DNA of 64,000 nt, from contig OZ242220.1 in NCBI GenBank assembly GCA_965206745.1, positions 640,001 through 704,000 on the forward strand. Reading direction: 5' to 3'. Source of the stretch: Nitrosopumilus sp. Its GTDB lineage: Archaea; Thermoproteota; Nitrososphaeria; Nitrososphaerales; Nitrosopumilaceae. The position numbers were made by a program, and so were the translations under genes. Position 1 is the first letter of the stretch; the number at the start of each line of letters is the position of its first letter. The notes under the pieces are model-generated. The model was not told where the DNA came from. It saw nothing but the letters and a program-made list of their open reading frames with translations, and did not search any database. This document shows, one piece after another, positions 38,320 through 49,649 of the stretch.

Positions 38320-39565
38320 CTCTGTCAAGTCCCAAAACTGCCAAAGCGCTATCCTTGATTCTTGGAATGTATTCGTTCTTCTTTTCATTGATCAATGGCG
38401 GTTGGCCCAACCCTGATAGCAGCTTTTTTGCAAGTTTGATCCCCTCATCATCCAACAACTCTGAATAGTCAAATCGTAACTGCCCGATGTTTTCCGAGAA
38501 CACATTTGTTTCAATCTCTTCCCTGTTTGCACCCTTTGCCTTTGTAATCGAGTACTCTTTTGATGTCAATTGACTCTTGCTTATGTTGACCATTATTGCG
38601 TCTCGTTGGTTGAGTTCGTCCCTGATTGCAGAAATATCCACATCGGCAGTTTTGCCTCTGGTCAGCTCACCTTTGACCTTGATAATTACAACCTTGTCTG
38701 CTGGATCGATACCTTTGGTTTTTTCCTGCAACTCTTGATTGATTGATTCGGCCTTTCTGTTATTTGCATCGACTTCGATAACCTCATATGCCGTGTTTTC
38801 AATCTCTACAAACTCTACTGATTTTATGACGTCCTCAAATTCAACTAAAACAAAGCCGCGCTTTTGTCCCCTTGCATTATCCTCCAAATCTGCGTAATAT
38901 CCTGCAAATGGGGTTCCGGGATACACGACATTGGGATATTCCTCAAATGACTGGTGATTGAACTTGTGCATGTGTCCTCCTGCATAGTATGAGAATCCTT
39001 TGGGCAGCAGAGATAGGGGCATTTGCGCCCCGTCCATGCCTGTATCTGCCTTCATATCTGCAATTCCGCCATGAAACAAGAATATCTTGAGCCCTGGTTC
39101 TGCCTCCAAAGGGTCTCGGTCAAGCTTTTCATACCACTCTCTGTCTCTTCCTACCTTCAGACCAGACAAACCGGTAATCTTGACACCTGTCTTTTGATCA
39201 ACTAAAAATTTCAAAGATATGGTGCCATCCTCATGACTTGTGGCACTAGTGACTTTGGTGATGTAGCCGATCTCTGCTAGCAGATCAATTACCGAGTTTG
39301 ACACTGGGGAAAAGTCATGACTTCCATATATTACATAGATTGGAATTTGTGCATCGTGGACCTGGCGAAACTTTGCAAATGCAAATTTCTGAACCCTCAT
39401 CTCCGGAATGTTTACATGAAATAAATCCCCCGGAATCAGGATAAAATTCACCCTTTTGGAGATGCATTCATCAATTGCTTTCTCAAACACCTGCTGTTCT
39501 ATCTTTTGCAGGGCTTCGTGTTTTTGAAATCCCAGGTGAATGTCTGACAAATGCGCAAACAGCAA
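38309..39565 (-). CDS. mre11: Mre11 nuclease
   Basis: SDIHLG, GDLFH, GSHD, GGHMH, YPGTP metallophosphoesterase motifs. Confidence 0.92.
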   Translation of the reverse strand: MLFAHLSDIHLGFQKHEALQKIEQQVFEKAIDECISKRVNFILIPGDLFHVNIPEMRVQKFAFAKFRQVHDAQIPIYVIYGSHDFSPVSNSVIDLLAEIGYITKVTSATSHEDGTISLKFLVDQKTGVKITGLSGLKVGRDREWYEKLDRDPLEAEPGLKIFLFHGGIADMKADTGMDGAQMPLSLLPKGFSYYAGGHMHKFNHQSFEEYPNVVYPGTPFAGYYADLEDNARGQKRGFVLVEFEDVIKSVEFVEIENTAYEVIEVDANNRKAESINQELQEKTKGIDPADKVVIIKVKGELTRGKTADVDISAIRDELNQRDAIMVNISKSQLTSKEYSITKAKGANREEIETNVFSENIGQLRFDYSELLDDEGIKLAKKLLSGLGQPPLINEKKNEYIPRIKDSALAVLGLDRDDS

Positions 39566-39566
39566 T

Positions 39567-41150
39567 CTAGAACACCTTTGTCTTGCCCATCTCTGGTCTG
39601 ATCCCTTTCTCTCTTACAATATCCTCAAACAAGGGAACTTTGATTGGCATTGCAAATGGCACAAAGATACTGGTAATGATTGCCTCACCTTTATCCAAAC
39701 TTGCAATGTTTTTGTCATCCTCAGACAAGTCCTGGGAAGCAGAAGCTATGATTGCTTCCCTTTCTTGCTTCATCTCGTTTCCCAGAATTATTTTGGTATT
39801 CATGTTAGCTAGAATGGTTTTTGGAATGACACTTGATAGTTGCGTGATTGCAGTTAATCCTACCTTGAATTTGCGTCCCTCTTTGGCAATCGTTGAATAG
39901 ATGTTGTCATTTTTTGATGTTAGCACATCTACACCGATGACACGCGGTGCCTCCTCAATGACTATTGTTGCCACCGGCTTTCTATCTAGCTCTCCGCCTG
40001 CCTTGGCATCCTTGTACTTTTGCAACAACTTTGATGCGATAATGTTCCCAACTAGCAGCTCTGCCTCGTTGCCCAATCGTGAGGTGTCAAGAACCACGAC
40101 TTTGCCTGACTCGATATCTTTTACGATCTCATCTACTGTGGCAAGCCCCTTTGTCGTACTATCAAAGACCTCGTGCCTTGAGAATATCACTCCTTCCTCA
40201 TCCTTTTCTAGGCTCAAAAGTAGGCGCAACTTTCTTTGTACCACCATCATTGTAGCTGCTGCAAATTCCCCCCTGCCTTGGCTACTACTTTCCATTCCTG
40301 CATCAACTGCATCAGTTACCATCAAGTCCCGGATCCAATTGCTCCGAGAATTTCTAAATGCCATTCTGATTGCCTGGAATTGGGGATCTGAAAAGTCAAC
40401 AATTCCCTCAAAGTGCTCAGGCCTGATTGATTGTAAATTAACTGTTAGTCTGTTTGCCCCGACCGGGGGATTTGATGGCGTATAATACATCATGTTCTCT
40501 TTAGCCCTTGGATGGTCCTTGAGTCCAATCCCATTTCGTCCAAAGTATTCATCATGTGCATCTAATACCAAGGCGCCAACTTTGTTCGTATCTAGTACGT
40601 GCCAAAGGATTGTTTTCACCAAATTGGATTTTCCGCGACCAGTGGTTGCAGGGATTAGCACGTGATGTGAAAACACGTCCTCAGCTGGCAGCCATACCTC
40701 TGCCTCCTTGATCACTTTACTTCCGCTTCGAATGTGCCCTACAAAGATAGAGTCCTTCTCTTTTTGCAAGAATTTCAAATCGCCTTTTGAAATCAATCGT
40801 AATCTGTTAAAAAATGAAGGCAGTGATTTTGGAATCTTTACATCGCCATTTTCCTTAAACACGCGGGCCAACGGTTTTATCCGGGCCAAAACATAATTTA
40901 CAAAATCCGGCTCGTAAAAATTGGCATCAACTACTCCCTGCTCTAAATTAACACCTGACATCATCTCTTGCATTTTATCTTGAATTTGAGAACCATATTC
41001 TAGTGCAAATACTTGCAAGATCAAAAATGAGCCGTTCTCTTCTGATACCATCAAGTCACCAATCTCCAAATCAGTCCCTGCCTTTTGTCGAATAACAATG
41101 TCTCCGAATCTTCCCCCGACCACTTGTCCTACAACTGATATCTCATCCAT
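39567..41150 (-). CDS. herA: HerA helicase/translocase
   Basis: HAS-barrel-like N-terminus, [29 protein letters not shown]. Confidence 0.88.
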   Translation of the reverse strand: MDEISVVGQVVGGRFGDIVIRQKAGTDLEIGDLMVSEENGSFLILQVFALEYGSQIQDKMQEMMSGVNLEQGVVDANFYEPDFVNYVLARIKPLARVFKENGDVKIPKSLPSFFNRLRLISKGDLKFLQKEKDSIFVGHIRSGSKVIKEAEVWLPAEDVFSHHVLIPATTGRGKSNLVKTILWHVLDTNKVGALVLDAHDEYFGRNGIGLKDHPRAKENMMYYTPSNPPVGANRLTVNLQSIRPEHFEGIVDFSDPQFQAIRMAFRNSRSNWIRDLMVTDAVDAGMESSSQGRGEFAAATMMVVQRKLRLLLSLEKDEEGVIFSRHEVFDSTTKGLATVDEIVKDIESGKVVVLDTSRLGNEAELLVGNIIASKLLQKYKDAKAGGELDRKPVATIVIEEAPRVIGVDVLTSKNDNIYSTIAKEGRKFKVGLTAITQLSSVIPKTILANMNTKIILGNEMKQEREAIIASASQDLSEDDKNIASLDKGEAIITSIFVPFAMPIKVPLFEDIVREKGIRPEMGKTKVF

Positions 41151-42247
41151 CAGCTAGTCACTCCGTTTAGAACATCATGTGCGCGCAAGCTTGCACTATA
41201 CTTTTGCAATCTCTTCCACTCTGGATGGCGCATCTTCTCAGATAGGAGGAATCCCTGATACATGTTTAACTCATCACGTCTAATTTGGGCAAATCTGTCT
41301 GCATCAATTGCCCCGTATGGATAGCCAAGCATGGCTACGTCTTGGGAATTCTCAGCCAGACTGGCAAGAACCGAGTTTAACTCATCAGGACTCATCCCCT
41401 CAAACTGTTCTCGTAATATCTCAAATCTGAAGACAAATCTGGATTTTGCATGAAACTTTACTGCAAGCATGAACCCTCTATCGTCATCTGATATCACTTC
41501 GGCCACTTTAACATACCATCTTTGGTGTGAGACTGCCTCTGCAATCTCGGCAATTCTTGCAAGCAGTGGATCCCCTGACTCTGTGATTAACTTGCTGGTC
41601 TTTGCCAGTCCACAGACAATGACTCCCTTTTTCATTGCCAAATCGTATAATTTTTTTGCGTATTTTATTTCATTTTTAAAACCAGTCTGCAACGAGCCGT
41701 CCATCACAATCATGTCGCCCTTTTCAAGCTCTGATCCGACTACGTGTATTGCCAACTGCCATTCTGCAAATCGCCTGCCCATCGAATTCAAGCTTGCACC
41801 CTGCAGTACGGTCGTATTCTCGCTACACGATGTCAAATCCTCTTCGGCTGGCAGATATTTTTTATCCTCTGCGGTGTGCGGGAACAGCTTTGTATTGTAA
41901 CTGACATTTTTCTTACCCTCAACTGTCTCAATATTTGAGGTTACGCTGGAGAAAAACTGTACGCGAGAATTGGATTTGGGCTTTATTCTTTTTTTGCCCT
42001 GGAATAGTGAAAAGTATACGCGGTTAATTGTGATCAGGAAATTTGGTGATTCCTCAAGCGATCCGTCTCCACCATCCACAAACGCAATCTTGCGAGGATT
42101 GTACGTTGACTTGATTTCAACAAACTCTGAAGGTGCAATGAGAAACTGCTTTCCCTTCCCATTGCTAAGAACTATGTCTGAATGCTCTTTCTGTGACAGA
42201 TGAGCACCCAACTCTTCGATTAAACTTTTTACTGGATCTTCAACCAT
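41150..42247 (-). CDS. nurA: NurA nuclease
   Basis: [33 protein letters not shown]. Confidence 0.88.
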   Translation of the reverse strand: MVEDPVKSLIEELGAHLSQKEHSDIVLSNGKGKQFLIAPSEFVEIKSTYNPRKIAFVDGGDGSLEESPNFLITINRVYFSLFQGKKRIKPKSNSRVQFFSSVTSNIETVEGKKNVSYNTKLFPHTAEDKKYLPAEEDLTSCSENTTVLQGASLNSMGRRFAEWQLAIHVVGSELEKGDMIVMDGSLQTGFKNEIKYAKKLYDLAMKKGVIVCGLAKTSKLITESGDPLLARIAEIAEAVSHQRWYVKVAEVISDDDRGFMLAVKFHAKSRFVFRFEILREQFEGMSPDELNSVLASLAENSQDVAMLGYPYGAIDADRFAQIRRDELNMYQGFLLSEKMRHPEWKRLQKYSASLRAHDVLNGVTS

Positions 42248-42571
42248 GCATATCTTTCCCTTTCTGTGTTGTATGATATTTTCCTATAGTAAGAGTTTGA
42301 CTGTTAGCTATCAGAATTTCCACCTGTTTGACGGATCAACTCAGATCCGATTTGCACTGTAACAAAATTATGCGTAAAATGGATTATCTGATCCATTTTT
42401 CTGACTTGCTCTGGATATTCTGACTGGAATTTGGTAAATCTGCCCTTTTTTGAGCAGTCATGCAGTCCTGGGATATCCCTTTGAAATACTTCAAATCCTG
42501 TGGTTTTTTTGTAACACAATACATTACTATCCCAAAAATCAACAATCTGACTAAACGGTGCAGACAAAACT

Positions 42572-43798
42572 TTATCCGATTTTACCTTTGAGAATGATCT
42601 TCTCATTTGTGTTTGATGGGGTTGTTCTGTCAACGTATCTGATCTCATATTCGTCTCCGATGTGGACTGTCTTGCCGTCTAGCTGTCTTGGAATCTTTAT
42701 CTTAACTTCAAAAGTATTTGAATTGGGCCCTGTTTCCACAAGATATGCCGAATTTGCATCAAATTCTGGATTGGACAAGATGGTTCTAATTCCTCTCTCC
42801 CCTCTGAATTCCAACTCGCTTAGTGGAATCTTGTCCTCATCCTTTGAATCTCTGTTTGCATCTGGCTCATAAACTCTGACTGTAAACTCGTGGCCTATTC
42901 TGGACCCTCCTCCGGATGTTTGCACTTGAGCGAATGTTTTTACAAGCGGCACTGATTTTACAATGGTCCTTTGCTGACCGGAATGATCTGACTCGTCCAA
43001 ATATTTTATTCGTACAATGTCGTCTTGACTTAATGGTTTCCCGTTTACTGTTTGAGGCAATTCTAATTTGATGAAAAATTGGCCTGTGTTTGGCCCCGTC
43101 TCAATCATGTTTTTGGGCCCTTTGATTGGAATTCCGTTTACTGTAAATTCAAACAATCCCTCAGTTGGAACAACTTCAACCCCGCCATGTGCAATATTCA
43201 AATCATGATCCGTGATGTAAAAATTCACAACTGACATGGATGAGGCCGGAACTGCCTGAATCTCATTCTCTGCAGCCTGCAATGTGTTATTCACTTTGTT
43301 CAAATCTGTAACTTTTATCGGGGCAAACCCTATGCCTGCTTTCTGTGTCTTCTCTGCAGCCTGCAATGTGTTATTCACCTTGTTCAAATCTGTAACTTTT
43401 ATCGGGGCAAACCCTATGCCTGCTTCCTGCATCTTCTCTGCAGCCTGCAATGTGTTATTCACTTTGTTCAAATCTGTAACTTTTATCGGGGCAAACCCTA
43501 TGCCTGCTTTCTGCATCCTTTCTGCAGTCTGTGATTTTACACATGCTGGAGATCCATTGGTTCGAACTATTAATTCCAGCCCTTTGTTGCAAAGTATGTC
43601 CTCAGCTAGCACCCCTTGTTTTACCTGCTCCCTTGGGGATTGGAGTTCTCCATGTATGGGCAGGATGACTATCAACGCTAAAAAAAATATCACCACTGTG
43701 AGAACTTTACCATCAAAGATCAACAATGTTCTAAATTCCGTTTTTTGACTTAAATAGATTGTCCAAACCATCTGCAAATATCTGGCTGTCTTGATCAA
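42572..43798 (-). CDS. Secreted hypothetical protein with internal 28-aa triplication; start uncertain
   Basis: Hydrophobic signal, SPREQ...C...SPACVK thaumarchaeal module, two ETGPN-containing beta domains. Confidence 0.75.
   Translation of the reverse strand: MIKTARYLQMVWTIYLSQKTEFRTLLIFDGKVLTVVIFFLALIVILPIHGELQSPREQVKQGVLAEDILCNKGLELIVRTNGSPACVKSQTAERMQKAGIGFAPIKVTDLNKVNNTLQAAEKMQEAGIGFAPIKVTDLNKVNNTLQAAEKTQKAGIGFAPIKVTDLNKVNNTLQAAENEIQAVPASSMSVVNFYITDHDLNIAHGGVEVVPTEGLFEFTVNGIPIKGPKNMIETGPNTGQFFIKLELPQTVNGKPLSQDDIVRIKYLDESDHSGQQRTIVKSVPLVKTFAQVQTSGGGSRIGHEFTVRVYEPDANRDSKDEDKIPLSELEFRGERGIRTILSNPEFDANSAYLVETGPNSNTFEVKIKIPRQLDGKTVHIGDEYEIRYVDRTTPSNTNEKIILKGKIG
43266..43517. repeat. Three near-identical 84-bp tandem repeats
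   Basis: ttctctgcagcctgcaatgtgttattcac recurs at 43266, 43350 and 43434. Confidence 0.93.
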
Positions 43799-43835
43799 CT
43801 AGAATTAATTAAGAGATGATTCTTACCCCTAGTAA

Positions 43836-44654
43836 TTGAAAAAAATTGGTTTGTTGGGCTGCGGGGCAATTGGAACTCGGATAGCTCTTGCAATTGACTC
43901 TGGGAGGATCCCTGCAACTCTGACCCACGTGTTTGACAGTTCTAAAGAAAATGCAATCAAACTAGTCTCACAATTAGACAACAAGCCTGAAATTGTTGAG
44001 AACTCGCATCTCTTGTCTTCTCACCCTGTCAATATTGTAGTAGAAGCAGCTTCTCAGGATGCCGTAAGAGATGTGGGGCTGGGTGTTTTACAAAATAAAC
44101 GTGATTTGATGATAATGAGCGTTGGAGCATTGCTGGATGAATCAATCTTTGACATTCTGTCTGATGCGTGCAGGGATTTTAAAAAAACCATATTCCTTCC
44201 ATCTGGCGCAATTGCCGGACTAGACGGTCTTAAATCAGTAAGGGACGAACTTGAATCCCTGGCAATAACTACAACCAAGCATCCTGACTCTCTAAAGGGG
44301 GCAAAGTTTTTTGAAAACTCCAAAATCAATCTGGCCTCTATTGAATCACCAACAGTAATCTTTGAAGGTAATGCAAAAGAGGCCGTTGCCTTGTTCCCTG
44401 CAAACATCAATGTTGCGGCACTCTTGTCTTTATCTGGGATTGGTAGTGAAAGGACTCGAGTAAAAATAATTGCAGATCCGGACACAGAGAAGAACACCCA
44501 TCATATAGAGGCTGAGGGTAAATTTGGGAAAATGACCTTTACCATAGAGAATCATCCTGACGCAAGTAATCCAAAGACTAGCCGATTGGCAATACTGTCT
44601 GCAATTGAAACTTTGAGAAGATACTGTTCAGATGATATCCAGATTGGTACGTAA
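43836..44654 (+). CDS. nadX: L-aspartate dehydrogenase
   Basis: GCGAIG, VEAASQ, SGAIAGLD, FPANINVAA, NPKTS; in nad cluster. Confidence 0.93.
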   Translation: MKKIGLLGCGAIGTRIALAIDSGRIPATLTHVFDSSKENAIKLVSQLDNKPEIVENSHLLSSHPVNIVVEAASQDAVRDVGLGVLQNKRDLMIMSVGALLDESIFDILSDACRDFKKTIFLPSGAIAGLDGLKSVRDELESLAITTTKHPDSLKGAKFFENSKINLASIESPTVIFEGNAKEAVALFPANINVAALLSLSGIGSERTRVKIIADPDTEKNTHHIEAEGKFGKMTFTIENHPDASNPKTSRLAILSAIETLRRYCSDDIQIGT

Positions 44655-44747
44655 TATGGCAATAATTGCCACATTTGCTAGTTTTTCAGAGAATTCTGGA
44701 CTCTTTCCCATTCTTTAAATCCCCTCCAATTCAATTTTGTTTGGATT

Positions 44748-45704
44748 ATGCTAGTACAACAATCATCCGAACTCAAAGAAGAGATTATGAGACTCAAAAA
44801 GGAGAAAGACGTGGTAATTTTGGCACACAACTATCAAATTCCCGACGTTCAGGACGTTGCCGATTTTACTGGCGACTCTTTGGGACTATCCAGGCAAGCA
44901 GCAACTGTTCCACAAGGAACAATCCTCTTTTGCGGTGTGAACTTTATGGCCGAGACTGCCGCTATAATCAGCCCCCAAAAGAAGGTCCTACTACCTGACT
45001 TGGAGGCCGGATGCTCATTATCTGACTCTATCACTGTAGATGAATTAAGGAATTGGAAAAAGCAACATCCTGATGCAATAACAGTTGGATACGTCAACAC
45101 CACTGCTGAGATCAAGGCGAATCTAGATTATTGCTGCACCTCATCAAATGCTGTAAATGTTGTAAAGGCGATTCCTGATGAGAAGGAGATCTTATTCCTA
45201 CCTGACATGTTTTTAGGATCTTATGTTGCAAAGATGACTGGAAGAACAAACATGTACATCTGGGCAGGTGAGTGCCACGTGCATGCGGGAATCACTCCTG
45301 AAGACGTGACAAAAAAGTTGGAATCCATGCCTGATGCCGAATTTGTAATTCATCCTGAATGCAGCTGCACCACTCCAATGATGTATGATGTTGCAGATGG
45401 AAGATATGATGACAAAAAGGTATCAATTCTATCTACTGAGGGCATGCTAAACCATGTCAATGAATCAAAATCAAAGAACTTTGTCGTTGCTACGGAGACT
45501 GGGATACTGTATAAAATGAGACAGCAAAACCCTGGCAAAACGTTCACCCCCGCATCTGAAAAGGCCGAATGCCAATACATGAAAATGATAACGCTTGAAA
45601 AAGTGTATGACGCACTGATAAATGAAAAGAACGTCATCACCGTTCCTAAAGAAATTGCAGACAAGGCCCGTTTGGCAATTGATAGAATGCTTGCAATCAG
45701 CTAA
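44748..45704 (+). CDS. nadA: Quinolinate synthase
   Basis: ILAHNYQ, GDSLGLS, AGCSL, CTSSNA, CHVH, HPEC. Confidence 0.96.
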   Translation: MLVQQSSELKEEIMRLKKEKDVVILAHNYQIPDVQDVADFTGDSLGLSRQAATVPQGTILFCGVNFMAETAAIISPQKKVLLPDLEAGCSLSDSITVDELRNWKKQHPDAITVGYVNTTAEIKANLDYCCTSSNAVNVVKAIPDEKEILFLPDMFLGSYVAKMTGRTNMYIWAGECHVHAGITPEDVTKKLESMPDAEFVIHPECSCTTPMMYDVADGRYDDKKVSILSTEGMLNHVNESKSKNFVVATETGILYKMRQQNPGKTFTPASEKAECQYMKMITLEKVYDALINEKNVITVPKEIADKARLAIDRMLAIS

Positions 45705-45715
45705 TCTGCTTTGTC

Positions 45716-46108
45716 ATGACCGGTTTATTTTCCAGAGAGCCAAAGGATCCTCAAAAGAAAAAGAACGTCCAAAAATTAAAGGAGATAAAAAAACTTGTTA
45801 AAGAGAAAAAATATTCCGAGGCCTTAAAATCAGGCACGGAATACTTGCAAAAAGTTCCCAACCATCACGATATTTTGTTTACTGTGGGGGGAATCTACTA
45901 TTTGAAAAACAAGCACAAGACTGCAATCTCTTATTTTGACAAGGCCCTTGAAATTGGAACTTATGATATTGATGTTTTGCTGTTAAAGGCATACTCCCAC
46001 CAAAAACTGGGTGAAAATAAGCGGGCCACTCAGTGCTGTGAGAAGATTAAAGAGATAGATCCGAAAAACAAAGCAGTGGCAGACTTGTTAGGCCAGCTAG
46101 ATCTCTAG
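45716..46108 (+). CDS. TPR-repeat protein
   Basis: Helical TPR pattern (AISYFDKALEI, EIDPKNK). Confidence 0.8.
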   Translation: MTGLFSREPKDPQKKKNVQKLKEIKKLVKEKKYSEALKSGTEYLQKVPNHHDILFTVGGIYYLKNKHKTAISYFDKALEIGTYDIDVLLLKAYSHQKLGENKRATQCCEKIKEIDPKNKAVADLLGQLDL

Positions 46109-46912
46109 GCTCATGTCTATTCCCTTGACTGAGTTTGTGATGCTTCCCACTGAGATGATATCCACTCCTGTCTGGCCGTATCTTGAGATGTTTTTGGAAT
46201 TGATTCCGCCTGATGCTTCAAGCATCACCGTGTCTCTTAATTTTTGATGTTTGAGCACTTTGACTGTTCTTTTGATTTGAGCTGGCGTAAAGTTATCTAG
46301 CATGATAATGGTTGCACCTTCTTTTGCAGCCAATACTGCATCAGGTGTATTTTCAACCTCGACTTCGAATTTTTTATATCTCTCCTTTACTTTTTTAATC
46401 AAGGATGGCAGTGAACCGCCCACTGCAATGTGGTTGTCTTTGATCATGACCATCTCATCTAGCCTGAGTCTGTGTCTTTTACCTCCGCCTATCTCAACTG
46501 CCTCTTTGTCAAAGTATCTCAGTCCTGGGGCTGTTTTTCTAGTGGCATACAACTTTGTTTTCTTTGGAATTTTTTTTACCAATTCATCTGTTTGGGTTGC
46601 AATACCGCTCATCCTTGTTAGGAGGTTCAAAGCCGTTCTCTCACACGCTAGAATGTTCCCTGCGTTTCCGGTGATGATCATTATGGATTGGTTTGGTCTT
46701 ATTCTGGAGCCATCCTTCTTTAAAATTCTGGAGCTGCATCCTTTCATCTTGAAGATCTCTTTGGCATGTGTCGTACCTGCAACAATGGCGCCTTCTCTGG
46801 AAATAATTTTGACAGAGATTTTTTTCCTTGGCAGTAGGTTGCTTGTGATATCCCCCCTGCCGATATCTTCAGCAAGAAACTGCGATAACTGTTTTTTCGG
46901 ATTAAATGCCAA
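46097..46912 (-). CDS. nadC: Quinolinate phosphoribosyltransferase
   Basis: EDIGRGDITS, TRKTAPGLR, MIKDNH, IMLDN, EASGGI. Confidence 0.96.
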   Translation of the reverse strand: MAFNPKKQLSQFLAEDIGRGDITSNLLPRKKISVKIISREGAIVAGTTHAKEIFKMKGCSSRILKKDGSRIRPNQSIMIITGNAGNILACERTALNLLTRMSGIATQTDELVKKIPKKTKLYATRKTAPGLRYFDKEAVEIGGGKRHRLRLDEMVMIKDNHIAVGGSLPSLIKKVKERYKKFEVEVENTPDAVLAAKEGATIIMLDNFTPAQIKRTVKVLKHQKLRDTVMLEASGGINSKNISRYGQTGVDIISVGSITNSVKGIDMSLEI

Positions 46913-46947
46913 TATGATGATTAGACGCTGATGTGATTTTAAAGATT

Positions 46948-47136
46948 CTATGTTACCTTGATTGCATATTTGCCTTTTGTAGTGATGCCCAAAGTTTTTG
47001 AGATTTCAGAATTTGTCGGATCAACTACCAGTACAACCCCGTTCCAATCTGGTGTAAGATCTGATGATTTGCAATTCGGACATACCTTTAGAGTCGTTAC
47101 ATGTTTGCATTTGCGGCATGCCATCTCTCGTGCCAT
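46948..47136 (-). CDS. spt4: Transcription elongation factor Spt4 (RpoE2)
   Basis: ACRKC...CPNC...DWNG...GKYAIKV. Confidence 0.93.
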   Translation of the reverse strand: MAREMACRKCKHVTTLKVCPNCKSSDLTPDWNGVVLVVDPTNSEISKTLGITTKGKYAIKVT

Positions 47137-47137
47137 T

Positions 47138-47734
47138 CTAACTTGCCTCTACTTTTTCTTCCTTTGCTGGCTCTTCTTTGCCACCGCTGGCTTTCTTAAT
47201 CTCTTCTGCAATCCAGTCGTCTGCACCTAGGAATGGTTGTCTGCATGTGATTCCAATTTTGCCCATTGCTGCAGCCTTGCCTAATGATACGGCGGTGATT
47301 CTTGCACGAAGTGCAGAGCCGACTTTGAGCGTCCTGCCACTTTGGTTAGCTAAAATCATTCCGGATTTAACATCGCTTTTTAGATAATCATCCATCACTT
47401 GTGACAAGTGAAGCAGTGCGTCTGTAGGGCCAATCCTTACAAATGCGCCAAAGTCTGTAATGTCCACAATCTCTCCTTGAACGATTTCTTGTAGTTTTGG
47501 ATAAAATGTTAAAGCTTCAAATTCGACTTTGTGAAATGTTCCCCCGTCTCCTGCAATCATCTTTCCCATCTCATCAACTTTGGCATCCAAAATCATAATG
47601 ATGTATCCCAAGTCCGCATTAATCATGCTCTCGTACTTTTCTTTGAGGATGTTTACTGCCGCCTTTTTGAGCGTGGTTCCAAACAAGCTAGGTGGAATCC
47701 TGACGACATCGACTAGGGTAGATATAGAAAACAA
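47138..47734 (-). CDS. rpo7: RNA polymerase subunit Rpo7 (RpoE1)
   Basis: VRIPPSLFG, GDGG, S1 domain FGAFVRIGPTDALLHLSQ. Confidence 0.95.
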   Translation of the reverse strand: MFSISTLVDVVRIPPSLFGTTLKKAAVNILKEKYESMINADLGYIIMILDAKVDEMGKMIAGDGGTFHKVEFEALTFYPKLQEIVQGEIVDITDFGAFVRIGPTDALLHLSQVMDDYLKSDVKSGMILANQSGRTLKVGSALRARITAVSLGKAAAMGKIGITCRQPFLGADDWIAEEIKKASGGKEEPAKEEKVEAS

Positions 47735-47882
47735 ATGTACAATTTTTCTCGAATTTCAATTTATGAATGTTTAGGTGATTTTAGGCATAAATTTCAAAAG
47801 ATTTTCCCTATTTTTCAGATAAATACCAATTTCTTTTAGTGTCTAACTTATGTTTAAATAAAGTAGACTGATTTTTTGAGCA

Positions 47883-48995
47883 ATGGTTGGAATAGATCAA
47901 GTTCTTGAAAAGCTAAGTACTGTAATTGATCCTGATTTGAAAAAGGACATCGTGTCTATGGGCATGATAAAAGATTTGGAACTTGATGAGGGAAATTTGA
48001 AATTCACTTTGGAATTGACTACCCCTGCATGCCCGTTTAATGTCGAAATTGAAGACGATGTTAGAAAGGCAATTGCCGAGCTCTCTGACTTGAAGAATTT
48101 TGATATGAAGGTAACTGCCAAAGTAATGGAAGGACGTTCACTTGATGACGACACTGGAATGGCAACTGTCAAGAATATTATCGGTGTAGCAAGTGGCAAA
48201 GGCGGAGTTGGAAAGTCTACTGTTTCTTTGAATTTAGCTTTGGCATTATCCCAGTCTGGTGCAAAAGTTGGCCTGCTAGATGCTGATATCTATGGGCCTA
48301 GCATCCCGTTGATGCTTGGAATGAAGGGTGGATCCATGGAGGTAGATGATAACAAGTTGCAACCTGCTGACTCAAATGGACTAAAGGTCGTATCATTTGG
48401 CTTTTTTGCTGACCAATCAAACCAGGCTGCAATTTATCGTGGCCCCATCATCTCTGGAATCCTAAAACAGTTCCTAGTCGACACTAATTGGTCCGAGTTA
48501 GATTACTTGATAGTTGATCTTCCTCCTGGCACCGGTGATATCCCATTAACGCTGGCACAAACTATTCCGATTACGGGAATTCTTGTAGTCACAACTCCCC
48601 AGGATGTCGCAAGTGATGTTGCAGTTAAGGCAGTTTCAATGTTTGAAAAACTAAACGTCCCAATTATCGGGGTTGTTGAAAATATGGCTCATTTTATCTG
48701 TCCGAACTGCGATGACAAACATTACATCTTCGGTGAGGGCGGTGCAAAGAAGATCAGTGAAAGATTCAGCATACCCTTCTTGGGGGAAATTCCACTCAAC
48801 TCTGGAATCATGTCCGGCTCTGATCTGGGAAAACCTATCATGATTACGAATCCTGACTCTCCAAGTGCGGAGGCTTTTAGAAAGAGCGCAAAAAATATTG
48901 CAGCCCAATGCAGTATTTTAGCGGCAAAGTTACAAGAAGAGATGGCATCTGAAAGCACTGGTGAGGAACCTGCACCGGAACCAAGCGCTAGTTAG
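47883..48995 (+). CDS. Mrp/NBP35 Fe-S cluster carrier ATPase
   Basis: DUF59-like N-terminus (LTTPACP), GKGGVGKST, DLPPGTGD, ENM..CPNC. Confidence 0.93.
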   Translation: MVGIDQVLEKLSTVIDPDLKKDIVSMGMIKDLELDEGNLKFTLELTTPACPFNVEIEDDVRKAIAELSDLKNFDMKVTAKVMEGRSLDDDTGMATVKNIIGVASGKGGVGKSTVSLNLALALSQSGAKVGLLDADIYGPSIPLMLGMKGGSMEVDDNKLQPADSNGLKVVSFGFFADQSNQAAIYRGPIISGILKQFLVDTNWSELDYLIVDLPPGTGDIPLTLAQTIPITGILVVTTPQDVASDVAVKAVSMFEKLNVPIIGVVENMAHFICPNCDDKHYIFGEGGAKKISERFSIPFLGEIPLNSGIMSGSDLGKPIMITNPDSPSAEAFRKSAKNIAAQCSILAAKLQEEMASESTGEEPAPEPSAS

Positions 48996-49001
48996 ATTCC
49001 C

Positions 49002-49496
49002 GTGAAACTACCTGATTCTCTGAGGGGGCAATTGAAGATTCCTTTGGGGGTACTCTTACTTGAAAATCAGGCAGACAAACCTGGCATCAAGAAATTTCTC
49101 TCTGAGAATTCGTATGTGATCACAGTAGGCGACAGAACTACCGAAAAGATGATTGATTTTGACCTGATTCCTTCATTGCAGATTATCGACGGTCAGGAAA
49201 AAAGGGAAAAAAGAGAGCCTCCAAAACTAGACAGTGCAACAGAACTTACTGTTGATAATCCTGCAGCAGAAATCACTCCTCAAAGCATCTCCATGATCAA
49301 AAAGGCCTTCACGCTCCCATCCCCAGTTAGGCTTTTTGTCAATGGTGAGGAGGACCTTCTTGTATTGCCTGCATGCCTTCATGCCCCTGAAAACGCCATA
49401 GTTTTGTATGGTCAGCCAAACGAAGGACTAGTAATAGTGAAGATAACTCCAGAAATTAGAAATAAAGTACAAAGACTACTTGATCTAATGGAATGA
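49002..49496 (+). CDS. GTP-dependent dephospho-CoA kinase (DUF359)
   Basis: TVGDRTT, NPAAEIT, GEEDLLVLP, YGQPNEG. Confidence 0.88.
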   Translation: MKLPDSLRGQLKIPLGVLLLENQADKPGIKKFLSENSYVITVGDRTTEKMIDFDLIPSLQIIDGQEKREKREPPKLDSATELTVDNPAAEITPQSISMIKKAFTLPSPVRLFVNGEEDLLVLPACLHAPENAIVLYGQPNEGLVIVKITPEIRNKVQRLLDLME

Positions 49497-49649
49497 TCGG
49501 GGTGTGATGAGACGGTGGCTGTATGATTTGGTGATTACCCCACTAAAACCTCTGACCCTGTTTATTCATAATTTACGAAACCAAAATACACCAAATCTAA
49601 TACAACAATTGACATTCCAAGATAAACATAGATTTCACGATGTATCACT

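Noticed and set aside
42304-42648. 114-aa minus-strand ORF upstream of nurA
   Set aside because: Overlaps the neighbouring gene end and has no recognisable motif; cannot be supported
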